DNA of 64,000 bases from an uncultured Ignavibacteria bacterium (GTDB taxonomy: Bacteria; Zixibacteria; MSB-5A5; SM1-73): NCBI GenBank assembly GCA_964588305.1, contig CAZPOP010000006.1, forward strand, positions 7,465 through 71,464. Direction: 5' to 3'. The position numbers and the translations under genes were made by a program. Numbering within the stretch: position 1 is the first letter of the stretch; each line of letters starts with the position of its first letter. The notes beneath the pieces were generated by a model, which was not told the DNA's origin, ran no database searches, and saw nothing but the letters and a program-made list of their open reading frames with translations. Positions 44,708-54,542 of this stretch are shown here, piece by piece.

Positions 44708-46990
44708 CTACCAGGGCGGTGAGCAACAGTCTGAGCACGGCGGTGAGGTCCCCGCAAACAGATAGTTGATCAAATGAATCACGTCCCCGCTGTCCACCAC
44801 ATCATCGCAGTTGACATCGTCCATGCACAATTGATCTGGCGAAGAGCCACCTATGAAGAGATAGTTTATTAGATGGATGACATCGCCTACGTCTATTTCA
44901 CCGTCGTCATTGCTATCGCCGCAGAGGAAAAAGATATTAACGGGTAAAGGATCAGACCATTCGCTGAAGACGCCGTTTTCATCCTTTGCCATGACCCTTA
45001 TCTCATAGCTGCCCTCATCCGTCCAGGTATGACCGGCCTCTGTTGTGTCGCCCGAGGCGTGCGGGCCTACCCACCCTGAAGAGGTTTCATCGCCCCAGTC
45101 AAATCGATAGTAAACGCTGTCTCCGTCCGGATCACTCGTGCTCGAGGCATAGAGGTATTCCTCTCCTGGTTCTCCTTCTGTCTCACCCTCTGGTGTTGCT
45201 GGTTTTGCCGGCTTTTGTGAGTCACCTGCGATTAAGAGCGAAGGATCCCCAAAAGATTGAAATTCCTCCACTGTTATGTAATCGATTTCATCCATGACCG
45301 GAGACAAATACGTGCTGATGCCATTGCCCCACAACTCACCCAACGTGGCATCACCGTTCTCGTAGTTAGTGGACATAATTACACAGAGTCTTTCAATGCC
45401 TTTGGTTACGATGTCCACACCTCCGTAGGAGACGTCAATATCCGTTCCGCCCAAAAATGCAATACAACCGCCGTTGGGATTGGCGACAAAGGTCCATCCG
45501 AAACAGTAACTGACCACGTCATACTGACAATGATAGCAGGCATCGGATACCACGATGGGAAGCTGACTCCCATTGGAAAGCGCATTGAGATGTGAATTCG
45601 TGTAGCTCCCGGGAGGTAGCCACTGGGAACTTTCGTGGGGATGCGTGGCCCACACGGTGGTGTTACCATGACCGTTGAAAAACACGAAGCCTGCTCCGCC
45701 GTTGATCGCGTTGCTGATGTTGGACGCGCTGTACAATTCTCCATTTGATGCCCAGACTCTGGTGGGAACAAACCAATCCAGGGTATCTATTACGTGCTGA
45801 TTGACATACTCGCCCTCATCTACCTCTTCTTCATCACCGGGGAGGGAATCTCCGCCGATAAGCACAAGGTCGGTGAACCAATCCTGCGTGTGTGCCTCCG
45901 TCGCCTCAAAAGTAATGATTTTGTTCACACAGGTGATGACCTGACTCTCATCGACACAGGCCAGGCGTCCCAGGTATACGTCGGGATACAAATCGACCTC
46001 ATCAGTATTGCCGTACCAGTTGTATTCACCGAAAACGTCGTTATCATTGGAATCCCAGCTGGAGAAGTCGAACTCCTGATCATAGATGTCGGCATAGTAC
46101 AAATCGGAGGGAAAAACCCAATAATCCTGATAGTCGTACTCGAAATATATGTGCGTATATCTTACGGGAACTTGTGCTGCTCCTCCCACAATCAAGACAT
46201 AACTGATACCCCAACTCTCAATCGCATCCTTGATGAAATACTTGATCTTCTCAGGCTCATCCCGACCGGTGTATTCAGCAAAAATCTCTTCGGTCGTTTT
46301 CAGAACGGTTTGAACGCCACGACCATTCTTGTGATCTATCAACGGTTGAAGCTCCTCTGAAAACATACTGGGTGCAATTATAACCATGTCATATTCATCA
46401 GGAAACGAGATCGGTACTATTGGCTCGTTGTACATCACCCTTATGTCAATGCTCTCGCTGTAATAGAGCGTGTTCAGGCCAGGGGAATATCGTACCGGGT
46501 AACAATGAATCGTCAGGAAAATGACACGTTCGTTTCCTTTGACTCCGGCCCCTGTCCTGTAAGTGAAGTCCTCGCGTGGGTACGGTTCGACGCTTTCATA
46601 GACTTCATCTTTTTTCACAGGTACCCGGGCGACTGGCGAGCCGGTCTTTGGGGTTGGCTCAGGACCTGGCCGAACTTGTTTGGACAATACCATCTCATTT
46701 ACTTCGGAGAAACTCACTTCAACATGTCTGACTTCTGATCCAAATGGCAGAGTGAACACTCTTGTGACAACCGGCAAAACAGGTTCTCCGGTTTTTGACG
46801 GGGAGCAGGTTGCTTCTTCCAGATTCACAGTTACATATTGATTTGCTTCTTTGATGACAGGTTCGGAGATGACAATTGATTCCTCGATGTTTTTCACATG
46901 GTACCTTGTTTCATCAGTTGTAGCTGCTGTTGCCAATCCGCCTAGAACCAAAAATCCCGCTGCTATCAATGTCGACAGTTTTGTTTTCAT
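44708..46990 (-). CDS. Secreted clan-CD cysteine peptidase-like protein (C25 gingipain-like) + PKD-like domain + C-terminal dockerin
   Basis: Signal peptide MKTKLSTLIAAGFLVLGGLATAAT. Putative His/Cys dyad FVFFNGHGNTTVW and IVVSDACYHCQ, each after a hydrophobic strand as in caspase-fold enzymes. Dockerin CGDSNDDGEIDVGDVIHLINYLF...DDVNCDDVVDSGDVIHLINYLF. Confidence 0.75.
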   Translation of the reverse strand: MKTKLSTLIAAGFLVLGGLATAATTDETRYHVKNIEESIVISEPVIKEANQYVTVNLEEATCSPSKTGEPVLPVVTRVFTLPFGSEVRHVEVSFSEVNEMVLSKQVRPGPEPTPKTGSPVARVPVKKDEVYESVEPYPREDFTYRTGAGVKGNERVIFLTIHCYPVRYSPGLNTLYYSESIDIRVMYNEPIVPISFPDEYDMVIIAPSMFSEELQPLIDHKNGRGVQTVLKTTEEIFAEYTGRDEPEKIKYFIKDAIESWGISYVLIVGGAAQVPVRYTHIYFEYDYQDYWVFPSDLYYADIYDQEFDFSSWDSNDNDVFGEYNWYGNTDEVDLYPDVYLGRLACVDESQVITCVNKIITFEATEAHTQDWFTDLVLIGGDSLPGDEEEVDEGEYVNQHVIDTLDWFVPTRVWASNGELYSASNISNAINGGAGFVFFNGHGNTTVWATHPHESSQWLPPGSYTNSHLNALSNGSQLPIVVSDACYHCQYDVVSYCFGWTFVANPNGGCIAFLGGTDIDVSYGGVDIVTKGIERLCVIMSTNYENGDATLGELWGNGISTYLSPVMDEIDYITVEEFQSFGDPSLLIAGDSQKPAKPATPEGETEGEPGEEYLYASSTSDPDGDSVYYRFDWGDETSSGWVGPHASGDTTEAGHTWTDEGSYEIRVMAKDENGVFSEWSDPLPVNIFFLCGDSNDDGEIDVGDVIHLINYLFIGGSSPDQLCMDDVNCDDVVDSGDVIHLINYLFAGTSPPCSDCCSPPW

Positions 46991-47507
46991 GCTTCTCCTT
47001 CAGGTTACATGAACATTTAGAGTGACATGTATAGAAATCTTTTTCGGTGAGACTTCATGGAGGTTCTTATATTCGGGACAGCCGTCTGTTCTCGGCTGGT
47101 CTCCGGACTCGCAGCTAATGAGTTACGCCACCGCAGCATTGACCACTGCTTGCCGGTCCAGTCGTTAATTCACAGAAGTGGCATCGCCCTCGAACTCGAA
47201 GTTGCGTGCTTGCTCTCGTGACTCATTAGCTTACAGCACTGGACGCTGTGTTTGCGAACTTGCTGAAGTTTGTCCGCCGACGCAAACCACGACCCTTGGG
47301 GTTATCAGAGCAGATCGACACTGGGCTCTAACTTCCCATCTATCAACATACTTCTAATTTTTCTACGGAGTCGGTCGAGATTCTGATTGTCCGTACCAGA
47401 TCGTGTTTGACCGGAAGAACCTACGACAACCACAGGGCACCTGATGCAATACGGATACAATCCAATGCGGAATTAAATCCCCCCTCTGGTAACTCGTTGG
47501 GTTATAA

Positions 47508-47581
<74 letters not shown>

Positions 47582-47707
47582 ATCTGTGTTTACTATAAAC
47601 TTATACGCTCTAATTGTCAAGCATTATTATTGAAATTAAAGGAAATGTTTTTCTTTCCATCGAGACACTTTGTTGAGCAAACGAGGATCGCTCTCACGTG
47701 GCGGTAC

Positions 47708-48922
47708 CTAAGGAGCTCCTTTTCGGGTTCGCTTTATTCTATTCTTAGCCCGATTATGCTCATCCAAAGTACTGGAGAAGATGTGGGTTCCGTCTCCCGC
47801 TGCCACAAAATACAAGTAGTCGACTTCGGCAGGGTAGAGGGCTGCCAGGATGGACGCCTTTCCCGGGCTGCATATTGGCCCAGGGGGAAGTCCCGGATAT
47901 TTGTAAGTGTTATAAGGAGAGTCTACCTCCAGATCCTCGAGCAACAAAGGCCGACCAGAGACTCGTCCATCGGTGTGGTTCAAACTGGGCCTGGTTACAG
48001 CCCGCTCATGGTCGAGAGCATATATCACGGTGGGATCGCACTGGAGAAGCATCCCTAATTTCAAACGGTTATGATATACCGCGGAGATCATCTCTCTTTC
48101 CTGGCCATCCTTAGCCTCCGCTTCAATCATGGAGGATAACGTTATCACCTCATGGGTGGATAAATTTATCTCGTGTGAGCGCTGCGAAAGAACGGGGGTA
48201 AAGGTCCTCTTAAACTCGTTCACCATTGCCTCGATCAACCTGGCTGGATCCATTCCCCAATGCAGTTTATAGGTGTCAGGAAACAGATATCCCTCCAAGT
48301 CGCGCGTAGGTATGTTGAGCTCTCTGATCAACTGGCTATCTGCGGCGGCTTCTACGAATTCTGTCGAGTCAACTCCAATCTCCTCTTTTAAAATCCGGGC
48401 AATTCCTTTTATGGTCGATCCCTCAGGAATTAGCACCTGTATCGGAGTGACTTCTCCTTGAACTAATTTGTTAAAAACAGAATATAAAGTTGTCCCCCTA
48501 TCAAAATCATATCTCCCCGCCTGAATGTGACGATCTTTTCCTAAAAGCCTACTTAAGATCAAAAACGATCTGCCATCGTCTATCAAATTTGTCTCTCTCA
48601 ACCTTTCAACGATCTTAGCCATGCTGTCACCCTCTGCGACTATCACATGCACTCTGTCCTCTTTGATATTCCAGGGAACGGGAACGACACACCAGCAGAC
48701 TGCAATCAGTGAAACAGCTGCGATCACGATTATGGACAAAGCTAGAGCCGGTTTTCGCTTGAAGAGATTGAACAATCCGATAATCAATCCGCAGACCAGC
48801 AGGAGTATGGAAGATAAAAATATCAAAAAGGTGGAGACCAAGAAAACTATCCAGTCTGTTACCGTGATGTATTCTCTTTCCGTTTTTGTATTCTCGTTAT
48901 ACATGATCAAGAGGCCTCGCAT
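47708..48922 (-). CDS. mltG: Endolytic murein transglycosylase MltG (YceG family)
   Basis: N-terminal TM. EGYLFPDTY, SSMIEAEA, YNTYKYPGLPPGPICSPGKASILAAL motifs. Confidence 0.85.
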   Translation of the reverse strand: MRGLLIMYNENTKTEREYITVTDWIVFLVSTFLIFLSSILLLVCGLIIGLFNLFKRKPALALSIIVIAAVSLIAVCWCVVPVPWNIKEDRVHVIVAEGDSMAKIVERLRETNLIDDGRSFLILSRLLGKDRHIQAGRYDFDRGTTLYSVFNKLVQGEVTPIQVLIPEGSTIKGIARILKEEIGVDSTEFVEAAADSQLIRELNIPTRDLEGYLFPDTYKLHWGMDPARLIEAMVNEFKRTFTPVLSQRSHEINLSTHEVITLSSMIEAEAKDGQEREMISAVYHNRLKLGMLLQCDPTVIYALDHERAVTRPSLNHTDGRVSGRPLLLEDLEVDSPYNTYKYPGLPPGPICSPGKASILAALYPAEVDYLYFVAAGDGTHIFSSTLDEHNRAKNRIKRTRKGAP

Positions 48923-49344
48923 TCTTCGGAGCCAGAACTCGTGCTGTCCAGGTAGCTTTGCAGAATCAAGGCGGCAGAGATTCTGTCCACCACTTCCTTG
49001 CGTTTTTGTTTGACTCCGAGTTCTTTCATGGTTCTCAGAGATTGAACCGAGGTTAACCTTTCATCCCAGGGGATTACTTCTACATTCGTTCTATTGGCCA
49101 ACTCCTGAATGAATTCCTGAACCTGCATCCCCTTAGGTCCGATGGTTCCGTTCAGACTTTTAGGCATTCCCACTATCACCTTGCCGACATCTTCATCTTT
49201 GATCAGATTTTCCAGGTGAGCAAAAACGTCCTTTGTTTTTCTTGCATCCAAAGTGGGAAGACCCTGAGCCGTAATGCCCAAGGCATCGGACAGGGCTAGA
49301 CCCATCCTTCTTTCTCCGAAATCTATCCCTAGAATCCTTGACAA
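48907..49344 (-). CDS. ruvX: Putative pre-16S rRNA nuclease / Holliday-junction-resolvase-like YqgF (RuvX)
   Basis: MSRILGIDFGERRMGLALSD. 145 aa. Overlaps the mltG start by 16 nt. Confidence 0.85.
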   Translation of the reverse strand: MSRILGIDFGERRMGLALSDALGITAQGLPTLDARKTKDVFAHLENLIKDEDVGKVIVGMPKSLNGTIGPKGMQVQEFIQELANRTNVEVIPWDERLTSVQSLRTMKELGVKQKRKEVVDRISAALILQSYLDSTSSGSEECEAS

Positions 49345-49524
49345 AGTTTGCCTTTCGAGAATCGTGCTTCGATCAACTCACCATAAGGTAATCAACTCTT
49401 TTCAAATCTACAGGTTGTTTTAACTCTTGTCAAATGTTAATTAAGATGTATCTTTTGGGAGACAATGGGTTCTTTAGTAGATTGACGGTGGTTTTCGATC
49501 TCATAAAAGCGAGCTTGCTTTATC

Positions 49525-50517
49525 ATGATGATTAAAAAATTTCCCAAATCCTTAGACTTAGCCATGAAGCCCACGCCCATCGAAAGGCTGAGGGAATTTC
49601 CCCAGCTTCTTCAGGGCTTCGAGATTTTCGTCAAAAGAGATGATCTGACCGGCTTTTGCCTCTCCGGGAACAAGATCAGAAAACTGGAGTTTATTTTCCA
49701 TGATGTGGTGGAGAAGAATGCGGATACCTTGGTTACTTGTGGAGGATTTCAGTCCAATCACGCTCGAGCTACCGCCATTTTGGGAGCTCGTTTTGGGCTT
49801 AAGTCGGTTTTGGTCCTTTTCGGCCAGGATTCGCCGAAACTGGATGGTAACTTATTCTTGGATAAACTTGTGGACGCGCAGATTAAGTATGTTCCCGAGG
49901 TTCGGTATGACGAGCTTGACGCTATAATGGAAGAGGTGTCGTCTGAGTTAAGAAAGGAAGGCAGAAGACCGTACATCGTTCCCGAAGGTGCCTCCAACGA
50001 ATTGGGGGTCTGGGGATACATAAAAGCGAGCCAGGAAATAAAGAAGCAACTGGAGGAAATGAAAATTAAGATTGACAAGATAGTGACAGCTGTGGGCTCA
50101 GGAGGAACCTACGCCGGGCTTTTCCTGGGATCGAAGCTTTTTGACTGGCCAGTCCAAATTTACGGAATAAACGTCAAAGACACCGCTCAGATTTTCGTGG
50201 AGCGCATACATGAGTTGATCCTGGCCACCAAGAAGAAGTTCAAACTCGACGTGAACTTTGAGAAAAAAGAGCTAAAGATCATCGATGGATACGTCGGTGA
50301 AGGTTATGCCAAAAGCAAGAAGGAAGAATTGGACCTAATCAAATCGGTGGCCCAAAACACGGGAATAATTCTGGATCCGGTTTATACCGGCAAAGCCATG
50401 TATGGTCTGCTGGACCAGCTGAGGAAGGAAACATTCTCCAGACAGGATAGGATACTCTTTCTTCATACCGGCGGAGGATTCGGGCTTTTCCCGATCAAAG
50501 AGAAGTTTTTCGATTGA
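49525..50517 (+). CDS. PLP-dependent ACC deaminase / D-cysteine desulfhydrase family protein
   Basis: KRDDLTG...SGNKIRKLEF (PLP-binding Lys context) and TCGGFQSNHARATA. Confidence 0.85.
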   Translation: MMIKKFPKSLDLAMKPTPIERLREFPQLLQGFEIFVKRDDLTGFCLSGNKIRKLEFIFHDVVEKNADTLVTCGGFQSNHARATAILGARFGLKSVLVLFGQDSPKLDGNLFLDKLVDAQIKYVPEVRYDELDAIMEEVSSELRKEGRRPYIVPEGASNELGVWGYIKASQEIKKQLEEMKIKIDKIVTAVGSGGTYAGLFLGSKLFDWPVQIYGINVKDTAQIFVERIHELILATKKKFKLDVNFEKKELKIIDGYVGEGYAKSKKEELDLIKSVAQNTGIILDPVYTGKAMYGLLDQLRKETFSRQDRILFLHTGGGFGLFPIKEKFFD

Positions 50518-50826
50518 AGACCGAATCTAATATCTGCCTCCGGTTTTGTATCCGCTTCATCCGTTACATCCGCTGACAGTCTCGCTGTGAAATATCCTGC
50601 AATAACTGTGAAGTACTTTTCACATATAGAGGTGCAGACATCCCCGCGACTTCTTCTCACGTTTTATCTAACCCCTTAGCCTCTGTCTGATTGGAATCGG
50701 ATTTGCGCTAAGTTAGCCTTCCTTGCTTAAAGGCATAATTCTTGCTTCTTCCCTTAAGTGAAAGAAATTGGGATTCATCAGTGATTACGCACACGTTCAC
50801 CAGTTCATAGTGAGGAGCGGGAGACA

Positions 50827-51477
50827 ATGGAAAAGATGTTATCCACAGGCATCAAACGAGGGTTCCCTGAACAGTGGCTCAAGAAACAAAAAGAGCCTAA
50901 AATAAAGAGGGACGAAGGGGGATATTATCTCTTTACCGTGAATGAGAATAAGAAAATCTATCTGGAAGATTTTTATGCCTTTTTGGAAAACACGGAGAGA
51001 AGATGTCTAGAGGAGATGAAAAGCCTGAGCGAAAAGATGAGCAATTGCAATGTCGACAGACAGGAAACCTTAGCTTATTACAACGCCAGAAAGATTATCG
51101 TAGAGGTGGTTTTGAAAAACGTTTACGAATACTATGAGGACACCACCACTTTGGGGGTGATTATGTCTCCCTGGTGCTTCGGCACGGTGATTCTGGAAAA
51201 GGTGGAAAACCAGAAGGCGAGACTTTCCAGAGCTGAGCTTCTGAATTCCGATCTTCCTGAGTATCCCTACTACGTTTTAAGATATATTGATGAGATATAC
51301 AAAAGAACTTTGTTGGAGCTTTTTGAGTTCCCGGAGGAAGCTTTTAGGTACAGGTGGCAATATACCGAAGTCGCGAAACGCTGCTCCAAAGCATTATCCA
51401 GCATTACCGACACGCTTACGAACATCCTGTCATTGGTAAAGGAATACCGCTCTGATTCTTCCGGGCATGCGGCTTAA
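50827..51477 (+). CDS. Hypothetical cytoplasmic protein
   Basis: 216 aa with coding-like composition. No family recognised. Confidence 0.55.
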   Translation: MEKMLSTGIKRGFPEQWLKKQKEPKIKRDEGGYYLFTVNENKKIYLEDFYAFLENTERRCLEEMKSLSEKMSNCNVDRQETLAYYNARKIIVEVVLKNVYEYYEDTTTLGVIMSPWCFGTVILEKVENQKARLSRAELLNSDLPEYPYYVLRYIDEIYKRTLLELFEFPEEAFRYRWQYTEVAKRCSKALSSITDTLTNILSLVKEYRSDSSGHAA

Positions 51478-51530
51478 CTGACTTCGTTTTTTGAATTGCC
51501 CGAAAATCCCTAGGTTAAAAAGAGAGGGGG

Positions 51531-51563
51531 GAGAGTAGCCGCAGTCTTCAGACTGCGGGGGCC
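51531..51563. repeat. Hairpin repeat (gtagccgcagtcttcagactgcggggg), same family as 6981-7005
   Basis: Direct read. A partner half-copy gagagaggcgggtagccgcagg lies 80 nt downstream. Confidence 0.7.
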
Positions 51564-51724
51564 TGTAAAGATTCCTGGTTGAACCATCCCGCAGTTCGTA
51601 AATCAAAAATAGAGAGAGGCGGGTAGCCGCAGGTCATTTGACCCCCCACGAATCCAGATGGACGAATGAGGTGGTCTGTCCTGTGTCAGAACGGCAGTTG
51701 TGAAATGTTTTACAGGCAGACAAT

Positions 51725-53242
51725 CTATTGGTTCCGCTTAAACGTAAATTCAAGGAATTTCAGACTTTCTACTTTGCCAGCATCATCAGTTTGAAAGGAA
51801 AACCAGGCTGTTTTATCAGGATCATCCGCATTGCCAAATTCATTCACTCCGACGGGAATCATTGAGTAATTGAAAGTGGAATCCTGCAACAGCCTAACAT
51901 GGAGTCGGCCCTCTCGAAGTTCTACCATCATTTCTGCCCTGGCACCTGGAAGAGTGTACGCACCAGCATATTTATTTAAGTCAATCTGTTCGGGATCAAC
52001 AAAATCGGGAACAGAACCTGCCAGTATGGCCTGTTTAAGCTCTTCAAGAATTCCTCGGGCAATATCACGTGAAGGTTTTTCGTCTATCAGGGGATTATTC
52101 GAATTAGTCAATGCTACGACTCCTATTTTAAGCGTAGGAATAGCTCGAACATGGGCATAAAAACCCAAGTGGCCGCCGGTATGTTCAATAACTGGGTGTT
52201 TGGGGTCCCAGCCCAGCCCCCAGCCAAGGCTTTCAAGATGCATCATCCGCAAGCCGTCTGGACTGACTATTTGAGCGCCGCCCGGAGCGGCATCCTGAAA
52301 TTGCAGTGAAAGAAAACGAGCCATATCCTCTGCGGTGGAATACAATCCGCCGGAGTAGAGTGCGGAACCCAACTCCCATTCCGGCGCAATCAGCGGCTCA
52401 GATTCCGGATACAAGTACACATAACCTGTTGGAACACCGGAAGGTTGTCTCTTATGAAGCATGAAACCAGAATCATGCATGCCCAGCGGCCTGAGAATGT
52501 TAGATTCGATGTATTCGGCAAATGATTTCCCAGCGGCACGCTCAAGCGCGATACCCAATAATACCATTCCCAGATTGGAATAGGAGTAGCGCGAGTTAGG
52601 TGCGTATTCTAATTCGATGTAAGGTAAACTGGCCAAGAGTTCTTCTTCTGAAACATACCATTTCATCTCCGAGGATCCTCCTGTCAGTAACCAGTTAGCT
52701 GCGGCAAGATCACTCCAGAAATTCAAAGGCGCTTCTCTGGGCAAACCCGAAGTATGCATTGCAAGTTGACGTAGGGTCGTTGGTTGTGTACCTGCAAAAG
52801 GAGATTTCACTTGATATTCCGGAAGGATTTCTTTAACCGGCATATCCAGGGTTACAATGCCTGCTTCAGCAAGTTGGACAAGCATCGTGGCGACGAATAC
52901 TTTGGTAATAGACGCGATGGGATAAATCGTCTTTGTTGTCGCCGGTATGTTTTTCTCCAAATCAGCAGAACCGAACGCCTGACTGTAAACGATGTCACGA
53001 TCATAAACAACGGCAATTGATAAACTCGGCAATCCGCTTTCTTGGAATTTGGCCTCGACTTCACTTGGAAGTAGTTTAATAACCGAATCTGCGATACTAC
53101 TTATATGGATTCCGGTATCAGGATTTCCTGCATTAGATTCCCCACTTTCGTTCGCTGCAAAAGTGTGTGATTGGAATGAGACTGTGAACATCAAAACAAC
53201 AAGAGCTTTTGGAATGAATCTGATCATTTTCTTTCCTCCCAT
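51725..53242 (-). CDS. Secreted serine hydrolase of the beta-lactamase / PBP4*-like family
   Basis: Signal peptide. SxxK (ASITK), YSN (YSYSNLG) and C-terminal beta-sandwich domain. Confidence 0.85.
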   Translation of the reverse strand: MGGKKMIRFIPKALVVLMFTVSFQSHTFAANESGESNAGNPDTGIHISSIADSVIKLLPSEVEAKFQESGLPSLSIAVVYDRDIVYSQAFGSADLEKNIPATTKTIYPIASITKVFVATMLVQLAEAGIVTLDMPVKEILPEYQVKSPFAGTQPTTLRQLAMHTSGLPREAPLNFWSDLAAANWLLTGGSSEMKWYVSEEELLASLPYIELEYAPNSRYSYSNLGMVLLGIALERAAGKSFAEYIESNILRPLGMHDSGFMLHKRQPSGVPTGYVYLYPESEPLIAPEWELGSALYSGGLYSTAEDMARFLSLQFQDAAPGGAQIVSPDGLRMMHLESLGWGLGWDPKHPVIEHTGGHLGFYAHVRAIPTLKIGVVALTNSNNPLIDEKPSRDIARGILEELKQAILAGSVPDFVDPEQIDLNKYAGAYTLPGARAEMMVELREGRLHVRLLQDSTFNYSMIPVGVNEFGNADDPDKTAWFSFQTDDAGKVESLKFLEFTFKRNQ

Positions 53243-53431
53243 TCTCAGTGTAATGCGCCTAACTCTGGATTATCCTCTTTCTTGTGCGACTCCAGACTCG
53301 TAGGTTGTTTCTGGATAAAAGATGTTTGGGGCGGGTGTTCTTGAGCCCCGCTTCGTTTCCCCGGGTGGCGGACACCAAGCGGAAGCAAAAAACACTATTT
53401 CAGTTGCATTGAAATCCACGATATTTTCTAT

Positions 53432-54505
53432 TCACTTTCGACATCCTTCGATGATGCAAAAGGATGATGGAGTGGGTATGATTTTCGATAACTCAAAGCC
53501 TGCCGCCTCGAAAAGCGAACGAAATTCAGATTCGGTACGTTCTTTGCCGCCCGGAGCTGTAACCAGCATATGTAAATCAAAGAGCTTAAGGATATTTGGT
53601 GTATTGCCCGGTTCAATCACTCCCTCCACTACAAGTACACGACCATCTTCTGTCATGGCCCTGCAGCAGTTCTTCAAGATTTTGATCGAGAGTTCATCAT
53701 TCCAATCATGAATGATCTGCTTGAGTATATAGGCATCTCCGCCAGCGGGAACCTCTTCAAAGAAATCTCCAGATGAAATTTCACATCGTCCACTTAATTC
53801 GACATCCAACTTGTTGATTGAACTAACCACATGCGGCAGGTCGAACAAGATGCCAGTGACCGTGGGATTTGCTTTCAGGATTGCAGTGAGAAGGCTTCCA
53901 TGCCCGCCCCCTACGTCCACTATCTTCCGGAAAGGTGAGAAATTATAGCTTCCGGCGATAGCGGGATTATGGGCTTGAGAAACACTGGTCATACACTCGT
54001 TGAAGATTTTAGCAAGATCAGGAAGCTTCTCCAGATATTCTGAGTAACCCATCCCGAATATGTGATCAAATGCAGCCTCTCCTGTTTTCACAGAGTGCAA
54101 GAGATTGCCCCAGGGGTCCCACCAGGATTTGTCACCAAGCAACAATACATATGGACGCAAGGACATTGGCACATCGCTCTGCAGCGCCGAGGCCATCGGA
54201 GTGAGTTCAAAACTGCCATCGCCCTTCTCAGAAAGAATCTCCATGCCGGCCAGAGCACGCAGCAAACGATGAAGTGAGTTGCCGTGTACACCCGTGATAC
54301 TGGCAAGTTCATCAACTTTCTTAGGGCCGTCCTTTAACAGATCAGCAATGCCAAGTTTTGCAGCCACATAAATGGCTTGGGATTTCATAAATCCTATTGC
54401 AATTTCGAACAATTGCAGAGATGGTGGAACAGTGTTTTCTTTCATAATATCCTGTTGCTTTTTCATTGTCACCTCGCATCTAATATCAGTCTGCAGGTCA
54501 ACCAT
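53432..54505 (-). CDS. O-methyltransferase family 2 (dimerisation domain + class I SAM MTase)
   Basis: VDVGGGHGSLL motif I. N-terminal helical dimerisation region. About 357 aa, typical of COMT/ASMT-like small-molecule O-MTases. Confidence 0.85.
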   Translation of the reverse strand: MVDLQTDIRCEVTMKKQQDIMKENTVPPSLQLFEIAIGFMKSQAIYVAAKLGIADLLKDGPKKVDELASITGVHGNSLHRLLRALAGMEILSEKGDGSFELTPMASALQSDVPMSLRPYVLLLGDKSWWDPWGNLLHSVKTGEAAFDHIFGMGYSEYLEKLPDLAKIFNECMTSVSQAHNPAIAGSYNFSPFRKIVDVGGGHGSLLTAILKANPTVTGILFDLPHVVSSINKLDVELSGRCEISSGDFFEEVPAGGDAYILKQIIHDWNDELSIKILKNCCRAMTEDGRVLVVEGVIEPGNTPNILKLFDLHMLVTAPGGKERTESEFRSLFEAAGFELSKIIPTPSSFCIIEGCRK

Positions 54506-54542
54506 CCCGTAGGCTGGTTGACCATTTATTCTTAAGTCTTCA

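Noticed and set aside
47040..47340. Candidate tmRNA / RNase P RNA / SRP RNA in the gap before tRNA-fMet
   Set aside because: None of the conserved cores was found on either strand (tmRNA tag-ORF and T-arm GGTTCGA.TCC, RNase P AGGAAAGTCCGGGCTCC, SRP GGAAGGAAGCAGC). Kept only as a generic structured-region observation.
47630..48058. 142-aa plus-strand ORF overlapping mltG
   Set aside because: Antisense to mltG. No independent support.
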